A DNA stretch of 64,000 nt from positions 647 through 64,646 of the forward strand of contig JBBTTU010000004.1 in the NCBI GenBank assembly GCA_038064075.1. The letters are read 5' to 3'. The notes beneath the pieces are model-generated. The model made no database searches. It saw only the letters and a list, made by a program, of their open reading frames with translations, and was not told the origin of the DNA. Position 1 is the stretch's first letter. Each line of letters starts with the position of its first letter. This DNA is from Patescibacteria group bacterium (lineage in GTDB: Bacteria; Patescibacteriota; Minisyncoccia; HO2-45-28). Shown one piece after another: positions 25,604-35,579 of this stretch. Position numbers and translations under genes: made by a program.

Positions 25604-27446
25604 TTTTTCAAACCGCGATCTCGTTCAAAAAATGAATCTGGCCAATCGCCATCGCGGGCCTGACGCTTCGGCTGTTTTTAGCGAAGACGGAATTTCTTTG
25701 GGCCATAATCGTTTAAGCATCATTGATTTGTCGGAAAAAGCCGCCCAGCCGATGAAAAGTTTTGACGAGCGCGAAATTATAGTTTTTAACGGCGAAATTT
25801 ACAATTTTAAAGAGCTTAAAGACGAATTAAGCGAATTTTACCCTTTCAGGAGCGACAGCGATACCGAAGTAATTTTGGCGGCTTTCCGCAAGTGGGGCGC
25901 CGATTGCGTCAGGAAATTTAACGGCATTTTTGCTTTCGCCATTTGGGACAGGACCAAGCGCGAAATTTTTTTAGCCCGCGACCATATCGGCGTTAAGCCT
26001 TTATATTATTATTTTGACCCTTCAATAAGTTCAGGGCAAGCGGCAAAATTCATATTTTCTTCCGAAATTAAGTCTATTTTAGAACACCCGATTCCGCGCC
26101 GGCTTAATCTGGAAGCTTTTAGTCATTATTTGCGGGTTTTATACGTTCCCGAGCCTTTGACGATGTTTGAAGGAATTTATAAATTTCCCCAAGCCAGCCG
26201 CGGTTTTTATAAGGACGGCAAGCTGAAAATAGAAAAATATTGGGATATCCAACCCGGCAGTTATTTGCCTATTTCAAAAACGGATATGGAAGAAGAATTA
26301 AGAAACAAAATAGAGCAAGCCGTTGGAGCGCAATTGGTATCTGACCGGCCGCTTGGTCTTTATTTGTCAGGAGGCATTGATTCATCGGTAATTCTCTCGC
26401 ATATGTCAAAAATGCGGGACGGCATTGACACTTTTTCAGTCGGTTTTGAACTTAAAGAAAAAGAGCAGAAAGAAAAATTTAACGCCGATTTTGAGCTGGC
26501 TAAAAAAACTGCTTTGTTTTTTGGTTCCAATCATAACGAGGTTTTAATTTATCCCGCTGAAGTTTTTGAGTTTTTGGAAAAAGCGGTTTGGCATATGGAT
26601 GAGCCGATATCCAATCCGACGGCTGTTGCGATGCTCAAACTGTCGGAATTCAGTAAAAAAAAAGTTGATGTAGTGCTGGCCGGCGACGGCGGAGATGAGC
26701 TTTTCGGCGGCTATGAGCGCTATCGTTTGAGCCGTTTGATGAATATTTTTCAGAAATTGCCAAGATTTTTTCGTTCAGCAACGGTTTTGAATTCAAAAAT
26801 GCGGAAATTAAATACTCCGTTGGGAATTGAACGTTTTATTTTGTTTATGTTTCAGAAAGACGCGATTTTAAACCGAGTTGTTTCCGGCCAATTTTTTAAC
26901 CCTGATATATCCAAGTTATTTTTTGAAAAAAGATATTTTGATGTTTCCGCCGGAGGCGGACCAGCTTGCGGCCGGGAAGAACAATTGATGAATATTGACA
27001 GGCAGACTTGGCTGGTTGATTTCGCTTTAATGCTTGGCGATAAAATGTCTATGGCTAATGGTGTTGAGGCCCGCGTTCCTTTTTTGGATAAAAATTTAGC
27101 GGAATTTGCCGCGCGCATTCCTTTAAAATTTAAAGTTGGTTTTTTCAACACCAAGAAAATTTTAAAAAGCGCTTATCGCGGCCGAATTCCGGATTTTCTT
27201 TTAAATCAGCCCAAGCGCGGCTGGTTTTCACCCGGAGCCAAATGGCTGCGGATGGATGAAATTCGCGATAAAGCCAAAGAGGCGCTGTCGGCGAACTATT
27301 ATTCCGAAACGCGCCATCTTTTTAATTGGTCCGAACTGCGACAAGTTTTTGACAAACACCTTTCCGGCCGGGAATATAATTTGACCATACTTTGGGCAAT
27401 TGTCACGTTCCAAATATGGGCTAAAAAGTATAATATAAGCCTATGA
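25581..27446 (+). CDS. Asparagine synthase (glutamine-hydrolysing) family amidotransferase, AsnB/WbpS-like.
   Basis: N-terminal 'MCAINGF' (catalytic Cys2 of class-II GATase), 'DGISLGHNRLSIIDL', and the synthetase domain 'LGLYLSGGIDSSVI' PP-loop. Confidence 0.8.
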   Translation: MCAINGFNFSNRDLVQKMNLANRHRGPDASAVFSEDGISLGHNRLSIIDLSEKAAQPMKSFDEREIIVFNGEIYNFKELKDELSEFYPFRSDSDTEVILAAFRKWGADCVRKFNGIFAFAIWDRTKREIFLARDHIGVKPLYYYFDPSISSGQAAKFIFSSEIKSILEHPIPRRLNLEAFSHYLRVLYVPEPLTMFEGIYKFPQASRGFYKDGKLKIEKYWDIQPGSYLPISKTDMEEELRNKIEQAVGAQLVSDRPLGLYLSGGIDSSVILSHMSKMRDGIDTFSVGFELKEKEQKEKFNADFELAKKTALFFGSNHNEVLIYPAEVFEFLEKAVWHMDEPISNPTAVAMLKLSEFSKKKVDVVLAGDGGDELFGGYERYRLSRLMNIFQKLPRFFRSATVLNSKMRKLNTPLGIERFILFMFQKDAILNRVVSGQFFNPDISKLFFEKRYFDVSAGGGPACGREEQLMNIDRQTWLVDFALMLGDKMSMANGVEARVPFLDKNLAEFAARIPLKFKVGFFNTKKILKSAYRGRIPDFLLNQPKRGWFSPGAKWLRMDEIRDKAKEALSANYYSETRHLFNWSELRQVFDKHLSGREYNLTILWAIVTFQIWAKKYNISL

Positions 27447-28459
27447 AAATTAACAAGGTTTTAATCACCGGAGGCGCCGGTTTTTTGGGTTTTAATTTGG
27501 CTCACAGTCTTTTGAGCAAAGGCGTGGATACGGTGGTTTGCGATAATTTGTCGCGCCGCGGAGCAGAACTTAATTTAGCCGAATTGAAGCATCATCATCA
27601 AGCCGCCCTGAAATTTTATCAGGTTGAAATAAGCGATGTTCCGGCGGTAATTGTTAAAGAAAAACCGGATTTGATTTATCATTTTGCGGCTCAAGTCGCG
27701 GTAACGACAAGCGTTGCCAGTCCGGTGAGCGATTTTCGGATAAACGCCGAAGGTTCTTTTTTGGTGGCCAAAACCGCGCACGATCACGGCATTCCGGTGA
27801 TTTATTCCTCAACCAACAAAGTTTACGGCATAAATGTAAATAAGGTTCCGCTTGAAGAATTTGATACCCGATATGATTTTGCCGGTGGCCTGCGGAAAAA
27901 AGGAATAGGCGAAAATTTTTCAATTGACGCCCATCATCACACTCCTTACGGCTGTTCAAAACTGGTCGGCGAAATATATGTGCGCGAATACGGCGGCGTT
28001 GCCAACAGATTTTCCTGCATGTACGGCCCCAACCAGTACGGCATAGTGGATCAGGGCTGGCTTTCGTATTTTATCGCCAGGAAATTGGCCGGCAAGCCTT
28101 TGACAGTTTTTGGCGACGGTAAACAGGTTCGCGACGCCCTGCATATAAAAGATGTCGTGAAGCTTCTTGAACTGCAAGGCGAGAGACTGTTTGACGATTC
28201 AAAGCCGAGCATAAAAGGCGAAGTTTTTACGATCGGCGGAGGATATCTAAACACCATTTCGCTTCTTGAACTTTGCAAAAAATTGGACATAAAACCCGAA
28301 TTCGGCGATTGGCGGCCGGCGGACCAGAAAGTTTTTTATTGCGATATTTCCAAAGCCAAGGAAGTTCTGGGCTGGCAGCCGCAGGTAAGCATTGAAGACG
28401 GTTTGAAAGAATTGCTGGATTGGACCAAGAAGAGACTGGCGCATTTCCCGCATTCATAA
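27443..28459 (+). CDS. NAD-dependent epimerase/dehydratase (SDR), CDP-paratose/tyvelose 2-epimerase-like.
   Basis: 'VLITGGAGFLGFNLA', 'VCDNLSRRGAELNL', 'YSSTNKVYG', 'HTPYGCSK', 'DQGWLSYF', 'FGDGKQVRDALHIKD'. The resemblance to RfbE-type epimerases is recalled from memory, not searched. Confidence 0.6.
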   Translation: MKINKVLITGGAGFLGFNLAHSLLSKGVDTVVCDNLSRRGAELNLAELKHHHQAALKFYQVEISDVPAVIVKEKPDLIYHFAAQVAVTTSVASPVSDFRINAEGSFLVAKTAHDHGIPVIYSSTNKVYGINVNKVPLEEFDTRYDFAGGLRKKGIGENFSIDAHHHTPYGCSKLVGEIYVREYGGVANRFSCMYGPNQYGIVDQGWLSYFIARKLAGKPLTVFGDGKQVRDALHIKDVVKLLELQGERLFDDSKPSIKGEVFTIGGGYLNTISLLELCKKLDIKPEFGDWRPADQKVFYCDISKAKEVLGWQPQVSIEDGLKELLDWTKKRLAHFPHS

Positions 28460-28466
28460 ATAATTA

Positions 28467-29081
28467 ATGACCCCTTGGGATAAATTTTTTCATGAAAAAA
28501 TCCTGAAAATTCTTCAGGATAAAAAAAGCGTTATTGACATCGGCGGGGGACTGCGGGTTTTTAAAAAAAAGGGCAACCGTTATGACCCGAATCAAAAGTG
28601 GCTGTGTCCGTATCTTGAAAAAATTGACTACAAAATTCTTGATCCCATGCCGGATTATAAACCGGACATAGTGGGCGATATTCATAATCTGCCTTTTGAC
28701 GATAATTCACAGGAAGCGATTTTGTGCTCTGCGGTTTTGGAGCATGTTGAAAATCCGTTCAAGGCGGTTGAAGAATTGCATCGGGTTTTAAAACCCGGCG
28801 GTTATCTTTTTGTTTACGTTCCGTTCCTTTATTATTATCACGCCGAACGCGGATATTACCGCGATTACTGGCGATTCACCGAAGACGCGTTAGACTTGCT
28901 TTTCAAGTCTTTTTCTTCAATGGAGAAAGCAAAAGTCCGCGGAGCTCTGGCGACATGGCTCCATATCAGCCCTTTGGGCCGCATAAAGCTTCTGGCGGCC
29001 GTTTTTAGGGCTTTGGATCGCGTTTTAAACAAAGAATCCAGCCGCCAAACCAGCGGCCATTACATATTTTTGGTTAAATAG
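28467..29081 (+). CDS. Class I SAM-dependent methyltransferase (Methyltransf_11-like).
   Basis: 'VIDIGGGLRVF' and 'ILCSAVLEHVENPFKAVEELHRVLKPGGYLFV' motifs. Confidence 0.6.
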   Translation: MTPWDKFFHEKILKILQDKKSVIDIGGGLRVFKKKGNRYDPNQKWLCPYLEKIDYKILDPMPDYKPDIVGDIHNLPFDDNSQEAILCSAVLEHVENPFKAVEELHRVLKPGGYLFVYVPFLYYYHAERGYYRDYWRFTEDALDLLFKSFSSMEKAKVRGALATWLHISPLGRIKLLAAVFRALDRVLNKESSRQTSGHYIFLVK

Positions 29082-29103
29082 TTTTGTCATACATTATAAA
29101 ATC

Positions 29104-30930
29104 ATGAAATTGCTTTATATCGCCAATGCCAGAATTCCGACTGAAAAAGCGCATGGACTCCAAATCATGAAAATGTGCGAGAGTTTCAGTTCGTTGGAAG
29201 CTGAAAATGAGAAATTGGAAGTTGAATTGATTTTGCCGAGAAGGATTAATCCGATTAAAATTGACCCGTTTATTTATTACGGAGTCAATAAAAGTTTCAA
29301 AATTAAATATCTGCCGGTTTTGGACTTAGTTTGTTTCGGCCGGCTCGGTTTCTGGATTGAATCGCTCTTTTTTTCGTATGCGGCGCTTTTTTACGTTCTA
29401 TTTCAAAAAGCTGAAATTATTTACGGCCGGGACGAATTGCCTCTCTATTTTTTAAGTTTTTTCTCCGCCAAAGGCGGAAAAAATATCTTTTTTGAAGCGC
29501 ATCAAGGCAGGATCAATGTTGCGGCAAGAAGACTTTTTAAAAAAGCCGGCGGGATTATAACCATCAGCCGCGGTCTTAAAGATTTTTATGTGAAGCGCGG
29601 CGCTAAGAGCGAAAAAATAATTGTTGCGCCCGATGCCGTTGATTTCGCCGTTTTTAATGTTTCTTTTTCAAAAGAAGAATGCCGCCGGAAATTAAATCTT
29701 CCGCTTGATAAAAAAATAGTTTTATATACGGGACATCTTTATAAATGGAAAGGTGCCGATACTTTGCTGAAAGCGGCGAAATTGTTCCAGATTCCAGGTT
29801 CCGGGTTTCAAGAAGCTTTATTTGTTTTTGTTGGCGGGACAGACAAAGACATATCAGTATTTAAAGAAAAAAGTTTAGAGTCCAAAAATATTTTAATCGC
29901 GGGGCACAGGCCTTATTTAGAGATTCCTTTGTGGCTTAAAGCAGTTGATATACTGGTTTTGCCGAATTCGGGAAAAGAAGAAATTTCACGCCGTTTCACT
30001 TCGCCTTTAAAACTTTTTGAATACATGGCTTCCGGCACGCCGATTGTTGCATCTGATTTACCGTCAATTCGCGAGATTTTGAACGATAATCTATGCACTT
30101 TTTTTAAGCCTGATGACCCGGCGGATCTTGCAGATAAAATAAAATTCGCAGTCGAAAATTATGAGAGTTTAAAGATAAAAGCAGATAGCGCGAGCGAGTT
30201 GGTAAAAAATTATACTTGGGATAAGCGAGCGGCAAGCATTGCTGGTTTGATTTCCGGCATTGTAAATAATTGGGTAAAAGCAGATGTCCAGACCTTTAAA
30301 TCCGATTTTTGGCCGGCATTGTTTGCGGGTTTGGGCATAGCCATTTTAAGTTTGCCGATTTTTAAAAATATTTCTGTTTTTGACGCTGTTTTTTCGGCGA
30401 GCCGCGGTTTTGCTTATGGCTTATTTGCGTTTTGGTTGGCGATTATACCGGCCGGCGCCGTCTCCGGCACTCTCTTGGCCCGGAGAATCGGCCGCAAAAA
30501 ACCGGTTATCTTTGAGCTGGCCAAGTACGGTCTGGTCGGCTGGCTTAATGTTTTTATGAATGCCGGCATTTTTAATTTTATGGCGTGGCTTACCGGAATT
30601 ACCAAAGGATTGCTTGCCGATTTTTTCCTGGTAATTTCTTTCGCGATCACGACAACCAACGCCTTTTTTTGGAATAAATTCTGGACTTTCGGCGCGTACG
30701 CGAGCAAGGATGGTAAAAGAGAATACGCCGCGTTTTTTACGGTATCCGGCCTGACTGCTCTTTTAAATACCGCCATTTTTCATTTGATAGTCAACGTTAT
30801 CGGAGCGCCGGCCGGCTTTAATGAAAAAATTTGGGCCAATATCGCCATTTTCGTTTTGATTCCGGTATCTTTATTCGGAAATTTTTTCGGTTACAAAATT
30901 TTTGTTTTTAAAAGAAAAAACAGTCTCTGA
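29104..30930 (+). CDS. Fusion protein: N-terminal GT4 glycosyltransferase plus C-terminal GtrA-like 4-TM domain.
   Basis: GT4 region ('ILIAGHRPYLEIPLWLKAVDILVLPN...FEYMASGTPIVASDLPSIREIL'). The C-terminal ~130 aa carry 'KYGLVGWLNVFMNAGIFNFM' and 'FFWNKFWTF' GtrA-family motifs with four hydrophobic helices. Confidence 0.6.
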   Translation: MKLLYIANARIPTEKAHGLQIMKMCESFSSLEAENEKLEVELILPRRINPIKIDPFIYYGVNKSFKIKYLPVLDLVCFGRLGFWIESLFFSYAALFYVLFQKAEIIYGRDELPLYFLSFFSAKGGKNIFFEAHQGRINVAARRLFKKAGGIITISRGLKDFYVKRGAKSEKIIVAPDAVDFAVFNVSFSKEECRRKLNLPLDKKIVLYTGHLYKWKGADTLLKAAKLFQIPGSGFQEALFVFVGGTDKDISVFKEKSLESKNILIAGHRPYLEIPLWLKAVDILVLPNSGKEEISRRFTSPLKLFEYMASGTPIVASDLPSIREILNDNLCTFFKPDDPADLADKIKFAVENYESLKIKADSASELVKNYTWDKRAASIAGLISGIVNNWVKADVQTFKSDFWPALFAGLGIAILSLPIFKNISVFDAVFSASRGFAYGLFAFWLAIIPAGAVSGTLLARRIGRKKPVIFELAKYGLVGWLNVFMNAGIFNFMAWLTGITKGLLADFFLVISFAITTTNAFFWNKFWTFGAYASKDGKREYAAFFTVSGLTALLNTAIFHLIVNVIGAPAGFNEKIWANIAIFVLIPVSLFGNFFGYKIFVFKRKNSL

Positions 30931-32373
30931 CACAATAAGTTTAAGAGTGGCGTAAGGACCGAGGCGCAAAAATTTGCCGGCAAGCATTGTAATTATTAAG
31001 TAGAGCGCGCTAAGAAAAATAATCAGGATAATGAACGTCGCGTCGGCAACGGGCTCCAGATATTTTAAGGCCGTTCGCCCGGCCGCTAAAACGATCAAAG
31101 AAGCAATTACGGGAATAAGCGGCGATTTTATGGCGTCAGTTAATTTAAAGGCGATAGTTTTGATAAGCATTATTACGGCAACAAGAGAGACAATGATGTC
31201 GGTGATTAATATGGTTATTGCGGCTCCGAGAATGCCGTAGACGGGAATTAACGCGAAAAGAAATATTGATAACGCGCTTAAGTTGATCAGCATTATCCAA
31301 AATCTGATTTTGGGTTTGCCGACCGCGTTAAAAATAGGCAGAGCGCCGGAAGAAAAAGCGCTGACGGCAAAAGACGCGCTTATAATTTTTAAAAGAGTAT
31401 TCATGCCAATCCATTTTTCTCCCAAGAAAATGAGAATTAAACGGTGGCTGGCTTCAATAAACAGAAAAGCGACTGGAACTGATAAAAAAAATAAAACATC
31501 CAAGCTTTTTACGAATCCATCCCTGATTTTTTCGTAAGAATTTTGAATTCTGGCATAAGACGGAAAAGCGACTCTGTCTATAATATTGTAAAAAGGAGCT
31601 ATTGGCACACTGGAAACGCTTTTGGCTTTTGTGAACAAACCTGTTTTTTCAGCGCCGGTCATTTTGGCAATCAAAGAGTTTTCAATTGTCGGCGCAATGC
31701 GATCCACCAGATTTTGTCCGTATATCCATTTGCTGTAATTTATCAATGAAAGAAATTTTTGGAATTGAAAGCTGAAACGCGGCCTGAATTTATGAAGAAA
31801 GTAAGTTGAGGCGGTTGATGATGCCGATTGGGCGACGACGCCCCAAAAAAGAGGCCAGAAAGATTTATAAAATACGGCCAGCGTCAGCGCGATCGCGCCA
31901 TAAGCGAGCGAACCGGCAATGTCGCGGATGAAAATCTTTTTAAAATCAATATTTTTGAAAAAAAACAGCTGAGCGGAATTGGATAATCCGCCGATTAAAA
32001 CAGCCAGGCCGCTTAAACGAACGGCCGTCATTGCTTGGCGAATATTGAAAAAGTCGGCGATTAGCGGCGCGAAAAAAAATATAATTAAAAATATCGCCAG
32101 CGCTTTTAAAACGCCGAGGGTCCACAAAGGATTTAAATACGGGATCGGGTCTTCTTTTTTCTGAATAAGCGCCGTTTCAAGTCCGGTTGTCGCGACCAAT
32201 GTCATGAAATTCGGTACAATAAAAATAATGGTAAAAAGACCGAAGTCGGCCGGAGCAAGAAACCTGGCCAAAATTAAAAAAGAAGCAAAATTTATCAGAT
32301 TTTTAAAAACGGTGTTGATAAAAGTCCACTTGCCTCCTTCTATTGATTTTTGAAGAGTGCTTATTTGTTCCAT
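30871..32373 (-). CDS. Wzx-type oligosaccharide flippase (polysaccharide biosynthesis protein, MOP superfamily).
   Basis: 500 aa with ~12-14 TM helices. 'FINTVFKNLINFASFLILARFLAPADFGLF' is a typical PST-family N-terminus. Confidence 0.65.
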   Translation of the reverse strand: MEQISTLQKSIEGGKWTFINTVFKNLINFASFLILARFLAPADFGLFTIIFIVPNFMTLVATTGLETALIQKKEDPIPYLNPLWTLGVLKALAIFLIIFFFAPLIADFFNIRQAMTAVRLSGLAVLIGGLSNSAQLFFFKNIDFKKIFIRDIAGSLAYGAIALTLAVFYKSFWPLFWGVVAQSASSTASTYFLHKFRPRFSFQFQKFLSLINYSKWIYGQNLVDRIAPTIENSLIAKMTGAEKTGLFTKAKSVSSVPIAPFYNIIDRVAFPSYARIQNSYEKIRDGFVKSLDVLFFLSVPVAFLFIEASHRLILIFLGEKWIGMNTLLKIISASFAVSAFSSGALPIFNAVGKPKIRFWIMLINLSALSIFLFALIPVYGILGAAITILITDIIVSLVAVIMLIKTIAFKLTDAIKSPLIPVIASLIVLAAGRTALKYLEPVADATFIILIIFLSALYLIITMLAGKFLRLGPYATLKLIVSETVFSFKNKNFVTEKISE

Positions 32374-32441
32374 TGCGATTGAAGAATACGCTTATTGCAA
32401 ATATATATTCAAGGTATAAAATATAATTTATTTATAATAAC

Positions 32442-33725
32442 ATGAATTCCGTTAGAAAGTCAGCAAAACGCGGCAATATGTCTAATTATAAAAAAGGGAA
32501 TCCTGCAAAGAATTTTTCTAACGGGGTGAAATCGCCGACTCGCGAAATATGCATTATTGGAGGCGCCGGACACGTCGGCCTGCCTTTGGGGGTCGCTTTT
32601 GCTTTAAATAAAGTAAAAACGGTTCTGTTTGATATTAACAAAGAAAGCCTGAAAAAGATCAAGTCGGGAGTTTTCCCATTTAAAGAAAAAGACGGCCCTA
32701 AATATTTAAAGCAGGTTCTTAAAAAAAAGACGCTTTTTGTTTCTTGGACTCCTAAGGCAATAATGCAAAGCCGTTTCGTTTTTTTGGTTGTTGGAACGCC
32801 GATTGACGAATATCTTAATCCGCACATTAAGGGAATTTTTAAAGTTTTGGACGATTATTTTGATTATTTCCGCGACGGCCAGATTATAATTTTGCGCAGC
32901 ACTATCTATCCGAACACGTCCGAGAGAATCCAGCGGTATTTTGAGGAAAGAAAAAAGAAAATACAAGTCGCGTTTTGTCCGGAAAGAATTGTGGAAGGAA
33001 ACGCTTTGCATGAACTTCAGAATCTGCCGCAGATTATTTCCGCTTTTGATCCGGGAACGCTTGAGGCCGTAAAAAATCTTTTCGGAAAATTGACAAAAAG
33101 AAAGTTAATTCCCGTTAAGCCGATAGAGGCCGAACTGGCAAAATTATTCTGCAATGCCTGGCGATACATTCATTTCGCCATTGCCAACCAGTTTTTTATG
33201 ATTGCTTCCGACCACGGGCTGGATTATTCCAAAATTCACAGCGCGATGATTGAGGATTATGATAGGAATAAAGACATTCCCCGGCCCGGATTCGCGGCTG
33301 GGCCGTGCCTGCTGAAAGACACCATGCAGCTGGCCGCGTTCAACAATAATAATTTTTTCTTGGGGCACACCGCCATGCTTATCAACGAAGGTTTGCCCAG
33401 CCACATTATGCATAAATTGTCCCAGGAATTTCCCGACATCAAAACCAAAACTGTGGGCATACTCGGCATGGCTTTCAAAGCCGACAGCGACGATCATCGC
33501 GACAGCCTGTCGTTCAAGCTCAGAAAAATCGCCGAAACGAAATGCAAAAAAGTTTTATGCCACGACTTTCATATTAAAAGTCCGTCTTTTCATCCGCTTT
33601 CCAAAGTATTAAAACAATCCGATATTATAGTGTTGGCCGCTCCCCACAAACAATACAAAGATCTTGATATGGGCAAATACAAGGACAAAAAAATCGTGGA
33701 TATTTGGAATTTCTGGGGTTTGTAA
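32442..33725 (+). CDS. Nucleotide-sugar dehydrogenase (UDP-glucose/GDP-mannose dehydrogenase family).
   Basis: 'ICIIGGAGHVGLPLGVAFA' Rossmann fold, central 'GFAAGPCLLKDT' catalytic Cys region, 'GMAFKADSDDHRDS' C-terminal domain. The true start may be the ATG at 32478. Confidence 0.7.
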   Translation: MNSVRKSAKRGNMSNYKKGNPAKNFSNGVKSPTREICIIGGAGHVGLPLGVAFALNKVKTVLFDINKESLKKIKSGVFPFKEKDGPKYLKQVLKKKTLFVSWTPKAIMQSRFVFLVVGTPIDEYLNPHIKGIFKVLDDYFDYFRDGQIIILRSTIYPNTSERIQRYFEERKKKIQVAFCPERIVEGNALHELQNLPQIISAFDPGTLEAVKNLFGKLTKRKLIPVKPIEAELAKLFCNAWRYIHFAIANQFFMIASDHGLDYSKIHSAMIEDYDRNKDIPRPGFAAGPCLLKDTMQLAAFNNNNFFLGHTAMLINEGLPSHIMHKLSQEFPDIKTKTVGILGMAFKADSDDHRDSLSFKLRKIAETKCKKVLCHDFHIKSPSFHPLSKVLKQSDIIVLAAPHKQYKDLDMGKYKDKKIVDIWNFWGL

Positions 33726-33752
33726 AACGGCCGACACTGGTGTCGGCCGTTT
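33725..33752. terminator. Bidirectional rho-independent terminator hairpin between convergent genes.
   Basis: Perfect 12-bp inverted repeat AAACGGCCGACA / TGTCGGCCGTTT with a 4-nt loop (CTGG), T-rich on both flanks. Confidence 0.7.
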
Positions 33753-33761
33753 GGCTCCGAA

Positions 33762-34478
33762 TTATTTTGGAGGAGTAAAGGGCAAAAGGCCGGCTTCTTC
33801 CCAGACTTCTTTCACCCTTTCAATGTAGTCCAGCATAAATTTCGCGTGTTTTGCGGCAAGGGCTTGCGCCTTGGGCAGGCGAATGCCGAATTTTGGATCA
33901 TTGAAATTGCCCCACTCGGCGCAATGAGACAGGTCTTTAATCACCGATCTTGGCTCTTTGAAAGTCGCGGCGGGGTCAGACAGCCAGTAAATGGGGTCAA
34001 CCGCCGGAACTTTGTGAAATTGACCCGAACGTATAATCTCGTCCGGCTCCAAATTTATCAAACGATCCGCGTCTCTTAAAGCCACCAGTACTTGACTATC
34101 ATCGGGATCATTTGGCAGACTGTGTTTAAGCACAGCGCCGATAATTATTGATCTTTCTTCTGCATGCAAATCAATTTCATCAAGCCATTTGTTGACCAAA
34201 TCCGCAATTATTTCTTCCGGAACCTCTTTTTTGCCGATTTTTAGTTCGTGTTGAAGTATTCGGTCGGCGTTATGGCAGAGTCCGGCAATTGCAGCAAGCC
34301 TGGCTGTGGCTTGGTCCTCCGCAATGTTGAAAGCATGTTGTCCGGCTCTGGCGGCATGAAAGGGGTCGTGTCCGCCGGTTGACATATTCGCCTTAACATG
34401 GCGATCATAAATTGCTTTCCAAAGCCCGGGAAAAATTTTAATGACTTTTTCGCCTCGGGCTTTCCTGTCAGAACTCAT
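33762..34478 (-). CDS. HD-domain-like hydrolase (putative).
   Basis: 'GGHDPFHAARAG', 'LCHNADR' and 'DADRL' fit an H..HD..H..D metal-binding pattern. Weak. Confidence 0.35.
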   Translation of the reverse strand: MSSDRKARGEKVIKIFPGLWKAIYDRHVKANMSTGGHDPFHAARAGQHAFNIAEDQATARLAAIAGLCHNADRILQHELKIGKKEVPEEIIADLVNKWLDEIDLHAEERSIIIGAVLKHSLPNDPDDSQVLVALRDADRLINLEPDEIIRSGQFHKVPAVDPIYWLSDPAATFKEPRSVIKDLSHCAEWGNFNDPKFGIRLPKAQALAAKHAKFMLDYIERVKEVWEEAGLLPFTPPK

Positions 34479-34568
34479 TTTGAACCCTCCTTAGTTTAAA
34501 ATTAAAAGTTCAAAGGTCAATATCCACCGATATTATATATTTAAAAATATTTTTGTCAATTTAAGGAC

Positions 34569-35579
34569 ATGATTTTGCAAAAAAGAAAAATTTTAATCAC
34601 CGGAGGCGCCGGCTTTATCGGCTATCATCTGGCGCGGCATCTTTTGAAAGAATACGGCTCCAACGCCGGGATAATTTTAGTTGATAATTTCAGGCGCGGA
34701 AAAGCCGATAATGATCTGAAAAAACTTTTAGATGATCCGCGGGTGCGTTTTTTGGAATTGGATTTGACAAACCCTGCTTCTTACGAAAAATTAGGCGCGG
34801 GATATGATCATGTCTACCACTTGGCCGCGATCAACGGCACCAAGAATTTTTATGAAATGCCGCATGAGACTTTAAGGATTAACACTCTTTCGCTGGCGCA
34901 CATGCTGGAATGGTTCAAAGAAAAAAACCGCGCCGGCAAATTTTGTTTTACCTCGTCCAACGAGGCCTACGCCGGCGCGCTCAATGCCTTCGGCAAATTA
35001 CCGATTCCGACTCCGGAAAAAGTGCCGCTAATCGTGGAAGATACTTATAACCCAAGGTGGTCGTACGCGGCAACTAAATTAGTCGGCGAGCTTTTCGTGA
35101 TCCACTATGCCGCAAAATATAATTTTCGGGCCTTAATCGTAAGGCCGCACAATTTTTACGGGCCAAGAGCGGGCTTCGACCACGTCATCCCCGAATTTTC
35201 TATGCGTATTGCCAAGCGCATAGACCCGTTTCCGATTTATGGCGCAGACGATACCAGGACATTTTGCTATATTGACGATGCCGTCCGCGCGATGCAAATG
35301 CTTATGGATTTTTCCAAAACCGACAATCAGCCGATTGAGACGGTCCATATCGGAGATGTTCACGAAATTACAATGGAGGAACTGGCGGAGCGGATGTTTA
35401 AGGTTGCGCTCTGGAGACCTCAAAAAATAGAAATCAAATCTTCGCCGGCCGGCAGCGTTAAAAGGCGTCTGGCTGATATTTCCAAGCTTCAAAACCTGAC
35501 AGGCTGGAGGCCGCAAGTCGCCTTAGATGAAGGACTTAAAAAAACCTATGACTGGTATTTATTAAATCCCAAAGAATAA
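34569..35579 (+). CDS. NAD-dependent epimerase/dehydratase (SDR family, sugar-nucleotide modifying).
   Basis: 'ILITGGAGFIGYHLARHLL' and 'YAATKLVGE' (YxxxK). Confidence 0.65.
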   Translation: MILQKRKILITGGAGFIGYHLARHLLKEYGSNAGIILVDNFRRGKADNDLKKLLDDPRVRFLELDLTNPASYEKLGAGYDHVYHLAAINGTKNFYEMPHETLRINTLSLAHMLEWFKEKNRAGKFCFTSSNEAYAGALNAFGKLPIPTPEKVPLIVEDTYNPRWSYAATKLVGELFVIHYAAKYNFRALIVRPHNFYGPRAGFDHVIPEFSMRIAKRIDPFPIYGADDTRTFCYIDDAVRAMQMLMDFSKTDNQPIETVHIGDVHEITMEELAERMFKVALWRPQKIEIKSSPAGSVKRRLADISKLQNLTGWRPQVALDEGLKKTYDWYLLNPKE

